DNA of 17,311 bases, taken from contig JAWOFX010000081.1 of NCBI GenBank assembly GCA_046497275.1, forward strand, positions 1 to 17,311, written 5' to 3'. The notes below the pieces were generated by a model, which did no database searches, was not told the origin of the DNA, and saw only the letters and a list, made by a program, of their open reading frames with translations. The stretch comes from Promethearchaeia archaeon. Lineage in GTDB: Archaea; Asgardarchaeota; Lokiarchaeia; Sigyniarchaeales; SOKP01. The translations under genes were made by a program, and so were the position numbers. Positions within the stretch are counted from its first letter, which is position 1, and each line of letters opens with the position of its first letter. Positions 1 to 8,381 of this stretch are shown piece after piece.

Positions 1-197
1 TCGATTCTGTGTATTTCTGATAATATACTCTTTGTAATTGTTTGCATATCTTTACCCTTTATTTTAGCAATAACATCTATTGTTCCTGTTACAACATTTG
101 CTTCTTCAACTTCTTCCATTTCTCTTAATCTTAGTACTATATCCTCCACAAAACCAGCTGTTCCTTTTATGAAGATATAACAATACGTTTCACTCAT
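1..197 (-). CDS. Stand-alone Lrp/AsnC ligand-binding (RAM) domain protein, 3' end truncated by the window edge
   Basis: Not in the ORF track. Manual translation from ATG at 197 gives MSETYCYIFIKGTAGFVEDIVLRLREMEEVEEANVVTGTIDVIAKIKGKDMQTITKSILSEIHRI..., open to position 1. It has the RAM-domain 'VTGxxDVIAKI' motif and no N-terminal HTH. Confidence 0.8.
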   Translation of the reverse strand, partial: MSETYCYIFIKGTAGFVEDIVLRLREMEEVEEANVVTGTIDVIAKIKGKDMQTITKSILSEIHRI

Positions 198-396
198 TTC
201 AATTCTCACATTTTTTTGAATTAAATTTATACATTATCTTAATAAATATATAATTTATGGTTGTATGTTGATTGGTTAATCTCCTATAAAAATATACAAT
301 TTTAATTATTCTTTTATTATTAAAATTAAGTAAATAATTATAATATAAGAAAATAATAAATTCTTTTGAACTTTAAATTATTAGCGAGAAAAACAC

Positions 397-942
397 ATGG
401 CGATTCAATTTAATGGAAAATTTAAAAATTATAAAATGCTAAAATGTCTTATTTGCGGAGATAGAGACAAAATTTCTCTAAAAAAAATAGTTATTCCCTT
501 TTCTTTAAAGCATAGTTTTTTGAAAGCTTTTATAAAATGTGTAAAAGAACAAAAAGAGATTACAATCCCGCTATGTCAAAATTGCCAAAAAAAGGTTTCC
601 AGGTGGAATAGTCTGAGATTAATTTCTGAATATTTAATATTTGTCTTTATCTCATTAAATCTAGTGAGCTTATTTATTTCTTTTTTGGTATTTGCTTTTA
701 ATCTTAGAATTCCTTACTATATTTTTATTTTATTGCTGATTGCTGTAATATCTCTCATGGTTAGTTTGGGGATCTACTATAAAATAAAAAGTTCAGATTA
801 TAAACCTTCTAATTATGTTAAAATTGACAATGAAAACCTTGAATCTCATATTTTAGTTAAACCTCTTCATAAAGAAACATGGATTCCTTATAAAGTATGG
901 TTAGGTACTTCATACTTGGAAGGTATAGAAAATCAAGATTAA
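397..942 (+). CDS. Hypothetical membrane protein with an N-terminal CxxC...CxxC putative Zn site and two TM helices
   Basis: 181-aa ORF with CLIC and CQNC motifs followed by two long hydrophobic stretches. Confidence 0.7.
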   Translation: MAIQFNGKFKNYKMLKCLICGDRDKISLKKIVIPFSLKHSFLKAFIKCVKEQKEITIPLCQNCQKKVSRWNSLRLISEYLIFVFISLNLVSLFISFLVFAFNLRIPYYIFILLLIAVISLMVSLGIYYKIKSSDYKPSNYVKIDNENLESHILVKPLHKETWIPYKVWLGTSYLEGIENQD

Positions 943-1095
943 TTAATCTAATTCTCTCCTTTTATAATTTAAAAACTCAAAAAAATTTAAAATATATTTG
1001 AAACAATCTAAAAAATTGAAGAAAAAAAGATTGAAAATTTAAAATAATTTTGTAGATATTCAAGCTTTTTTATTATTAACTCAATAGATTTGATT

Positions 1096-1677
1096 TTAAA
1101 ATTTTTCTCCACATTTGATACAGAAATTAGCAGAAGTTAGGTTTTTTGCGCCACATTTTTCACATTTTTTATAATCTTGCTTTTGAACTGAGATTGTTGA
1201 ACTTGCTGATCCAGCGCCAAGTAATTCATCCCATCTTGATTTTAACTCTTCTCTTCCTACTTTAAATACCTCTTCAAAATGTTCTGGCTCCAAATAAGGC
1301 AATATTCCGCCTTCCCATAATTGGTTAAGGGTTTTAGCTATTTCTTTTGCATGCTCTGGGTTATCAGAATAAATTTTAATTCTTTCTACATGATTCTCTG
1401 CGTGATGAATATTATATGCTGCCATTTTATTTTCAAGTTCTACATACAGTTTTGCTTGCTCCGCTAATAAATAAAATGTATTACTTCTGGGCCCTCCAGA
1501 ATTGGTTTCGATAAACGATGGATCAATAGTCTTCATATAATTCCCAATATGCTTAGCAGTATCTGGTTTATATTTGTTAAACATCATTTTCATTTCTTTA
1601 GGTCGGGAATAGAGAATAGTTAGAGGGAGATTGTGAAAACCTAGTTTTTGTGCCTCTTTTTTAGCATTTCTACCCAT
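1096..1677 (-). CDS. Hypothetical soluble protein with a C-terminal zinc ribbon
   Basis: Ends in CEKC-x10-CIKC (KKCEKCGAKNLTSANFCIKCGEKF) after a G/S-rich linker. The N-terminal domain is not recognised. Confidence 0.8.
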   Translation of the reverse strand: MGRNAKKEAQKLGFHNLPLTILYSRPKEMKMMFNKYKPDTAKHIGNYMKTIDPSFIETNSGGPRSNTFYLLAEQAKLYVELENKMAAYNIHHAENHVERIKIYSDNPEHAKEIAKTLNQLWEGGILPYLEPEHFEEVFKVGREELKSRWDELLGAGSASSTISVQKQDYKKCEKCGAKNLTSANFCIKCGEKF

Positions 1678-1921
1678 TTTTTTTAACCTTATTTAATATA
1701 TTAATATTTTAAATTTTTGAATTGGATATTAATATATGAGCTGGATTCATACATAAATATTTAGTATGTCAAAAAATCTTTCATATCTTAACTCCTATTA
1801 AAAAATTAATAAGTTGTTTATAAAGGATATTAACCTTTTAGAAGCTAAAAGTTTTTAATTATGGGTAGTTTAAATAAAAATAAATTTTATAAAATAATAT
1901 AATCCACAAAAGGCGTCTCTA

Positions 1922-3265
1922 ATGGGAAAAATAAAAGATTTTATAAATAAGAATTTCTATGAAATTTTTAATGATTCTCACTTGATTTATACCTTAATAT
2001 TCTTTATATCTGCTTTTTTAATCGCATTACTTAGTTTATTTCCATACACTAACATAGGAAATGCAGTTCTGTTTCTCTCCACTTCAATATCACTTACATA
2101 TATTTTATTAATGTTTATAAGTCTAATACCTACCCTTGAAAAGTACCTTTTCTCTGAGGAAAAAAGATTCGGTAGATATAAAATTATTGGGTTTTTTGGA
2201 GTTTATTTAATTAGTTTTATAATAATATTAATCTATTTTATTTTTGGATCTAGTGCTAATTTAACAATAGAATTTATGGGTTGGGATATTCTCCTTCCTA
2301 CTCTATTTATTGTAGTCTTTTTTGGGTGGAATCTTTTACAAATTTTGTTCTTAAGAAGCGGTATGGAAATTTTATCAGAGAAGATTGAAAATAAAATTTT
2401 CCCAAGATCGAAATCGATTGAAACAAAAGAGACATTTTCATTGATCTTTTTAATCTTAGCGACTTTAATTGCTCCATTATTACAAATCTTTCTTATTCTT
2501 TTTTACATTCATTCTTATTCTTCCTTAGGCGGAGATTTATTTATCTGGTTTATTATTGTCAATACGTTAATTGCTTTAATTATCTCAATAACTTCTTGGA
2601 GATTGATTTCGTTATTCTTGAAAAGTAGGAAAAATAATACCTCCAATATCTTTTCTTCACTTTTTTATATATTTATTTGGCTATACATGATTTATCGGAT
2701 TTTTAGTTTTTTCAATTCGCTTCGAGGTGAAGGAAAGGTTGGTGCGAACATTTTTACCTCACTAATAGATATTCTGTTAATGGTTATCACTGCTGGTTTA
2801 GTACTTAGAAGTTTAGGAGGGAAAATTGTTGGAGCTGTAATTTTTAATAAAAATAATATGCCTTTCTTTTTATACGCGTTTACAATGCTTTATATCCAAG
2901 GACAAATCATCATGATAACAGGTGCGGGCAATTTAGTTGGAATATTTTCGAATCGAAATCAAGTGAACCTTGTGAATAATTTTATGATTTTCATAATATC
3001 TTTTGGTTTTTACCTTTGGTATTCATCCTATATGCTTCAGAGAAAAGGTTTAATTGAACGAACGCTCTTTACGAGAGAGGAAATCATTCAAATTTTATTT
3101 GATTATAGCGAATATTTAGGAAAACAAACCCCAAATGAACAAGACTTTAAAATATTTTTAGAAAATCAGGGGATAAGCTCTGAAATAATGAAAGAAAAAC
3201 ATCCTACCACTAAAGAATTAGAAAGTCAATCAGAACCGGAACCAAAAGAAGCAGATGAATTCTAA
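1922..3265 (+). CDS. Polytopic membrane protein of unknown function (about ten TM segments, acidic C-terminal tail)
   Basis: 447-aa ORF with repeated hydrophobic segments and a charged tail (ESQSEPEPKEADEF). No family motif recognised. Confidence 0.8.
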   Translation: MGKIKDFINKNFYEIFNDSHLIYTLIFFISAFLIALLSLFPYTNIGNAVLFLSTSISLTYILLMFISLIPTLEKYLFSEEKRFGRYKIIGFFGVYLISFIIILIYFIFGSSANLTIEFMGWDILLPTLFIVVFFGWNLLQILFLRSGMEILSEKIENKIFPRSKSIETKETFSLIFLILATLIAPLLQIFLILFYIHSYSSLGGDLFIWFIIVNTLIALIISITSWRLISLFLKSRKNNTSNIFSSLFYIFIWLYMIYRIFSFFNSLRGEGKVGANIFTSLIDILLMVITAGLVLRSLGGKIVGAVIFNKNNMPFFLYAFTMLYIQGQIIMITGAGNLVGIFSNRNQVNLVNNFMIFIISFGFYLWYSSYMLQRKGLIERTLFTREEIIQILFDYSEYLGKQTPNEQDFKIFLENQGISSEIMKEKHPTTKELESQSEPEPKEADEF

Positions 3266-3381
3266 AGATACAATCTATTTATATTTCTAAAGTTTTTGTT
3301 TCATTCTTTTACATGTATTATAAAAAATAAATTAAAAATATAAAACAGAAGAGAAACTGAAAATATTAATAATAATCTCAT

Positions 3382-3389
3382 TTTAAATA
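3382..3389 (+). promoter_or_regulatory. Possible archaeal TATA box for the ABC operon (leaderless-type spacing)
   Basis: TTTAAATA ends about 22 nt before ATG 3412, and no SD precedes that ATG. The AT-rich background makes this weak. Confidence 0.3.
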
Positions 3390-3411
3390 AAAAAATACAT
3401 TTTACTTTTAT

Positions 3412-5238
3412 ATGCTTGAAAGTTCAAACCAATATACTCCTATGCAATCAGAATTTTCCCCCGAGGATGATCCGTTTAAAAAAGTTAGACAGAAAGGAGC
3501 TAATAGATGGATTTTATATCATTTATTTCACGGAACGAATAAATTTATCATAATTATTGTGTTTTTCACGACCATTCTTTCCGCTAACCTCCAATCGATT
3601 AATAGGGTTCTTATTGGTGTGGCGGTTTCAGATTTTCTCGTAGGCACCAGTTCAAATCTATTATTTTATACCCTCATCATACTTATCACAGGAATAGGGG
3701 GGGCTATAGTAAGATTATTAAATTTTATGTTAAGGGAAATCCTTGCTCAAAGAATGGAGAGGGATACTCGAAAAGAATTTTTTATGATATTATTAGGCAA
3801 AAGTCAATCCTTTCATGATCGTCAAAAGGTTGGAGATATTATGGCAAGGGCGACAGATGATGTTCGTAATTTGAACTTTTTAGTAAGTCCCGCCATTTCT
3901 CTCATTTTTGAATCTTTTACAAATTTAATCATCCCTCTTATATATATAGTGTTATTCTATCCACCCCAATTGATGATAACTCCTTTAATTTTTACAATAA
4001 TATTTTTAATCGCCTTAAAAGATTATAATAAAAAAATAGGGCCAGTCTCTAGAAATTTAAGAATCCAATATGGCAAGATGAATGCAATTTTAAATGAAGC
4101 TTTATCTGGTATAGAAACTATTAAGGGTACCGCCCAAGAATCAACAGAAGTTCTTAAATTTTATACAAGTGCAAAAAAATATCGAGATCATTATGTAGAA
4201 CAGGGTAGAGTACAAGCAAAATATTTACCAATCTTATTTTATGCCCTATCCATAACATTTGGATTAGCTCATAGCATTTTTTTATTTTTGAATGGGTTTA
4301 TAGATATCGGACAAATAATAGGGTATATTGGTTTGCTCACTTTATATAGATTTCCAACCAATATTTCCATTTTTGTTTTTTCTTTTATTAAATTAGCAAC
4401 CGCTGGAGCAGAAAGATTACTTGAATTGATGAATCAAGAGACCGAAATTGATGAGAATCTATCCGGAATTAAGAAAGAAATTGAGGGAAAAATAAAATTT
4501 GATAACGTGACTTTTATTTATCCAGATGGAGAAAACCCGGTTTTAAAAAATATCTCACTCGAGATTAATCCGGGGCAAACTGTTGCAGTCGTTGGAACTA
4601 CGGGTTCAGGAAAAACCACTTTAACTAAATTAATTTCAAGATTATATGACTTGAATGAAGGTGAAATTTTAATTGATGATATTAATATAAAAAACTACTC
4701 CTTAAAATCATTGAGAAATCAGATTTCCTACATTGAACAAGACCTATTCTTGTTTTCAGATACAATTTTTCAAAATATATCTTTTGGAAGGGTAAGTTCT
4801 ATGGATGAAGTTAAGAAAGTTGCTAAACAAGCTCAAGCTCATAATTTTATTAAAAATCTACCTGAGAGATATGAAACTAAAGTAGGAGAACGAGGAGTCA
4901 CCTTGAGTGGAGGGGAAAAACAGAGAATCGCCATTGCTAGAGCCTTTTTAACGGATCCAAGAATTTTAATATTAGATGATTCAACTTCCGCTATAGATTC
5001 TGAAACGGAAGATAAAATTCAAATGGCAATTCAAAAGATTCTCAAAAATAGAACTACTTTCTTAATAACCCATCGTCTAAGTCAAATTAGATGGGCAGAT
5101 TTGATAATTGTATTAAAAAGAGGGGAAATCGTTGCAAAGGGGACACATGAAGAATTAATTTTAACTTCCGAAGAATATAGAAAGATTTTCATTAAAAAAT
5201 TCGATCTAAAATCAGAAGATTTACTAAGAGGTGAATAA
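3412..5238 (+). CDS. ABC exporter (TMD+NBD half transporter), subunit with degenerate Walker B
   Basis: N-terminal TM domain; Walker A GTTGSGKT; Q-loop IEQD; signature LSGGEKQR; Walker B ILILDD (D in place of the catalytic E); H-loop ITHR. Confidence 0.95.
   Translation: MLESSNQYTPMQSEFSPEDDPFKKVRQKGANRWILYHLFHGTNKFIIIIVFFTTILSANLQSINRVLIGVAVSDFLVGTSSNLLFYTLIILITGIGGAIVRLLNFMLREILAQRMERDTRKEFFMILLGKSQSFHDRQKVGDIMARATDDVRNLNFLVSPAISLIFESFTNLIIPLIYIVLFYPPQLMITPLIFTIIFLIALKDYNKKIGPVSRNLRIQYGKMNAILNEALSGIETIKGTAQESTEVLKFYTSAKKYRDHYVEQGRVQAKYLPILFYALSITFGLAHSIFLFLNGFIDIGQIIGYIGLLTLYRFPTNISIFVFSFIKLATAGAERLLELMNQETEIDENLSGIKKEIEGKIKFDNVTFIYPDGENPVLKNISLEINPGQTVAVVGTTGSGKTTLTKLISRLYDLNEGEILIDDINIKNYSLKSLRNQISYIEQDLFLFSDTIFQNISFGRVSSMDEVKKVAKQAQAHNFIKNLPERYETKVGERGVTLSGGEKQRIAIARAFLTDPRILILDDSTSAIDSETEDKIQMAIQKILKNRTTFLITHRLSQIRWADLIIVLKRGEIVAKGTHEELILTSEEYRKIFIKKFDLKSEDLLRGE
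5228..5234 (+). promoter_or_regulatory. Shine-Dalgarno site GAGGTGA for the second ABC gene
   Basis: Lies inside the 3' end of the first ABC gene, 5 nt before ATG 5240. This favours ATG 5240 over the track's GTG 5231. Confidence 0.65.
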
Positions 5239-5239
5239 T

Positions 5240-7051
5240 ATGGCTGTAATTGGATTAGAAGCGGAGGCATATGACAGAAAATACTCAGATAAAAAATTAG
5301 TAAAAAGAATTTCCTCATACTTTAAGCCCTATACTAAAAATTTAATAATCGTTGTTATCTTTCTTACTCTTTATTCTTTAACAAGCTCACTTATACCCAT
5401 CCTCTCAAGAACAATTATTAATGATTTAGCATTAAATCAAAATCTAGCATATTTAATATTTGTATTGAGTTTTATATTAGGATTAAATCTATTAAATTGG
5501 ATTTTTAATTACTTCAGACAGATTAATTCCGCAAAAATGATAGGTGGTGTTGTATTAGATCTAAGGCGGGATGCTACAAAGGCAACCTTAAATCATGATC
5601 TTTCTTTTTTCGATAACTATCCAACTGGAAAGATTGTCAGTAGAATTAATTCAGACGGAAAGGATTTTGCCCAAACTGTAGAATTATCGATTGAATTAAT
5701 AGCATCAATATTTATAATTATTCTTTTATTAGTCTTCATGTTTTTCATCAATATAATCCTCACTTTGATCTTTCTTTTTTCCATCCCAATATTTTTCATG
5801 ATTGCCCTCTCATTTAGAAAAATTGCTAGAGAAAAAACTCTTATAGGTCAGAGAGCAAGAGCGAATGTAAATTCTTTTGTCAAGGAAAGTATTTCTGGCA
5901 TTCAAATCGCAAAGACCTTCAGAAGAGAGCAGAATTTATTTAACAAGTTTAATGATATTAACGAGCAATCATATAAAGTAAATCTGAAGAGAGCATGGGT
6001 TTTAAATACAATCTTTCCAACACTAAGTGTATTACAAGGTTTGATCATAGCATTACTAGTGTATTTTGGTGGTTTTAGTGCATTAAATAATATAATTAGC
6101 GGAGGAGATTTATATTTATTTCTCCAAAGTATTTGGTTATTATTTTTCCCACTTTTTATTATAGCATCTTTCTGGCCTTCATTTCAAGCGGGGTTAGCAG
6201 CGGCAGAAAGAAGTTTTTCTCTTATTGATGCGGAACCCAAAGTTCAACAAATAGATAATATAAAGCCAGGAAAGCTAAATGGAAAAATAGAATTTAAGAA
6301 TTTATCATTTCAGTACGAAGAAGATAAAAAAGTATTTGAAAATTTCAATTTAACCATCCAAGCAGGAGAAAGAATTGCTTTAGTTGGTCATACCGGAGCA
6401 GGAAAATCAAGTATAGCTAATCTCATAGCAAGATATTACGAGTTTCAAGAAGGCGAAATATTAATTGACGGTCTAAGTATCAGGGACTATGATTTGGAAG
6501 CATATCGAAAAGAATTGGGAATAATTCCACAAACACCATTTTTATGGGCAAATACTGTTGAAAATAATATCAAATACTGCTGCCTTTCAGCTACTAGCGA
6601 TGACGTTATCCAAACATTAGATAAAATTGGAGGATATGATTGGATTGACGATCTTCCAGAAGGGTTAGATACCAATATCAGGGAACGAGGCAGCCTTCTT
6701 TCAATGGGACAAAGACAATTAATTGTTTTTGCGAGAGTTTTAATAGAAGATCCCTCGATATTGATTCTGGATGAAGCAACAGCCTCAGTAGACCCCTTTA
6801 CAGAAACTAGAATTCAGGAGGCAGTTGAAAGAGTTATCGAAGGACGAACATCTATCATTATCGCTCATCGCCTTTGGACTGTTCGGCATGTTGATAGAAT
6901 AATTGTTATTGATCATGGAGAAATAATTGAGCAAGGAACTCATGAAGAATTAATGGAAATAAAAGGAAAATATGCAGAACTTTATGATACCTATTTCAGA
7001 CATCAATCTTTAGAATATATCGATAAAGTTAAAGAAATGAGCCAGAATTGA
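5240..7051 (+). CDS. ABC exporter (TMD+NBD half transporter), subunit with consensus catalytic residues
   Basis: Walker A GHTGAGKS; signature LSMGQRQ (non-canonical); Walker B ILILDE; H-loop IAHR. Starts 1 nt after the partner's stop codon. Confidence 0.95.
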   Translation: MAVIGLEAEAYDRKYSDKKLVKRISSYFKPYTKNLIIVVIFLTLYSLTSSLIPILSRTIINDLALNQNLAYLIFVLSFILGLNLLNWIFNYFRQINSAKMIGGVVLDLRRDATKATLNHDLSFFDNYPTGKIVSRINSDGKDFAQTVELSIELIASIFIIILLLVFMFFINIILTLIFLFSIPIFFMIALSFRKIAREKTLIGQRARANVNSFVKESISGIQIAKTFRREQNLFNKFNDINEQSYKVNLKRAWVLNTIFPTLSVLQGLIIALLVYFGGFSALNNIISGGDLYLFLQSIWLLFFPLFIIASFWPSFQAGLAAAERSFSLIDAEPKVQQIDNIKPGKLNGKIEFKNLSFQYEEDKKVFENFNLTIQAGERIALVGHTGAGKSSIANLIARYYEFQEGEILIDGLSIRDYDLEAYRKELGIIPQTPFLWANTVENNIKYCCLSATSDDVIQTLDKIGGYDWIDDLPEGLDTNIRERGSLLSMGQRQLIVFARVLIEDPSILILDEATASVDPFTETRIQEAVERVIEGRTSIIIAHRLWTVRHVDRIIVIDHGEIIEQGTHEELMEIKGKYAELYDTYFRHQSLEYIDKVKEMSQN

Positions 7052-7110
7052 GAAATCCATAAAAATTTCTTTTATTTTAAATAACCCTAAACAAAATTAG
7101 TTAATGAATA

Positions 7111-8079
7111 TTAAAATTCAATGACTATATCTTCAACTTTTTTAGATTTGTTTTTTTTAGAAAGATATAGCACAATACCAATCGTTAGAATACTAATAAT
7201 CGCTCCAGAAGGAATTAAAACACTAAGATATTTATTTCCTTTTTGATTGGGATTAAATTCTGGGGAGGAGTTGACTTCTATGGTTTTATTTGAAATATAT
7301 TGAGAATATTGAATTCCAAATCTGTCTTGATAAGAATAAAAGAGTGAAACGTAAAGATTTATTGAATCACAGTTTTCTAAATTAACAATCTCACTGATAG
7401 AAATGTTTATGATTTTTGATATAGTACCAATATCAAGATATTGCGCAGATTCCCAAAGCGGTATAAGTCCCTCAAAATTAGGATCATTAAAGATCTTAAA
7501 TTGAGTAAAAATTAATTCAGGAGCATAATACTCTAATGTCCATAACGCATCTATTTGGATGGTGTCATTAGAGTAAAACACGTCTTTATTTATATTAAAG
7601 CTCTCGAATTCTAAATTCCCCTCCTTAATAATTTTAAAACTGGTAGTATTATAAAAATATTCAAGATTAGAATTTAATGGATCATATTGATGATAATATA
7701 ATGTTACATATAATTCAATTGAGCCATTGAATGTTATATTCTCCCATAGCGATTGGATTGGAATACTGACATTTTTAAATACTTCTCCTCTTTCATCAAA
7801 ACTTTCTGATTTCCATACTAAACAGTAATCTGGTAAGTTTGTGTTATTATAAATTCGAAATTGACTATAACAAGTTCCCACATAATCTTCAATTATATTC
7901 CACGACCCATTTATCTCAATCGTCTCATTAGGATAAAAATTTTCTCTATTAATATTAATATTGGTTGAATTAATTTGAAAATTTCCTTGGTCTTCTTCAT
8001 TTCCTTTAATTTCTGAGATATCTAAAAATAAAAATATCAAGCCTAGAAGAAAGAATAAACTTAGATATCTTTTTTTCAT
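7111..8079 (-). CDS. Putative cell-surface glycoprotein: signal peptide, two tandem homologous beta-rich domains, C-terminal TM anchor
   Basis: N-terminus MKKRY plus a hydrophobic stretch; internal duplication (NINRENFYPNETIEINGSW vs NINKDVFYSNDTIQIDALW); 12 N-x-S/T sequons; C-terminal hydrophobic helix followed by SKKNKSKK. Confidence 0.8.
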   Translation of the reverse strand: MKKRYLSLFFLLGLIFLFLDISEIKGNEEDQGNFQINSTNININRENFYPNETIEINGSWNIIEDYVGTCYSQFRIYNNTNLPDYCLVWKSESFDERGEVFKNVSIPIQSLWENITFNGSIELYVTLYYHQYDPLNSNLEYFYNTTSFKIIKEGNLEFESFNINKDVFYSNDTIQIDALWTLEYYAPELIFTQFKIFNDPNFEGLIPLWESAQYLDIGTISKIINISISEIVNLENCDSINLYVSLFYSYQDRFGIQYSQYISNKTIEVNSSPEFNPNQKGNKYLSVLIPSGAIISILTIGIVLYLSKKNKSKKVEDIVIEF

Positions 8080-8235
8080 ACTAGTGTTTTCATAACTAAC
8101 TATAAAAAATCCTAGCTAATTTGAAGAATACCACAATATTCATTCAAAGCTATTATCTTTTTTAAAATTGAAAAGATTATTTTAGTAAATTATTTGGGTG
8201 TAGCAATTTAAATTACTCGAAAAATATTAAAGAGA

Positions 8236-8303
8236 ATGATAGCCTAATAGGATAGTAAATCTTTTCCTCACAAAAAAAGTCACTTCTATCCTATTACTAT
8301 CAT
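8236..8303. repeat. Intergenic imperfect inverted repeat (18-bp stem, 2-nt bulge, 30-nt loop)
   Basis: ATGATAG(8236-8242)-CC-TAATAGGATAG(8245-8255) pairs with CTATCCTATTA(8286-8296)-CTATCAT(8297-8303). Confidence 0.75.
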
Positions 8304-8381
8304 CTGATTTTATCTTTAATTAAAAAGTCTTACTAGAGTGATAATTAATATTTTTAAAAAAATGAAGAAATTATATTTAAA

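Noticed and set aside
5082-6675. Minus-strand ORFs 5082-5318, 5617-5799 and 6487-6675
   Set aside because: Short antisense shadows of the ABC genes with no motifs.
8236-8303. Stem-loop as a SECIS element
   Set aside because: Its AUGA pairs Watson-Crick rather than forming a GA/AG quartet, and neither neighbouring gene has an in-frame TGA.
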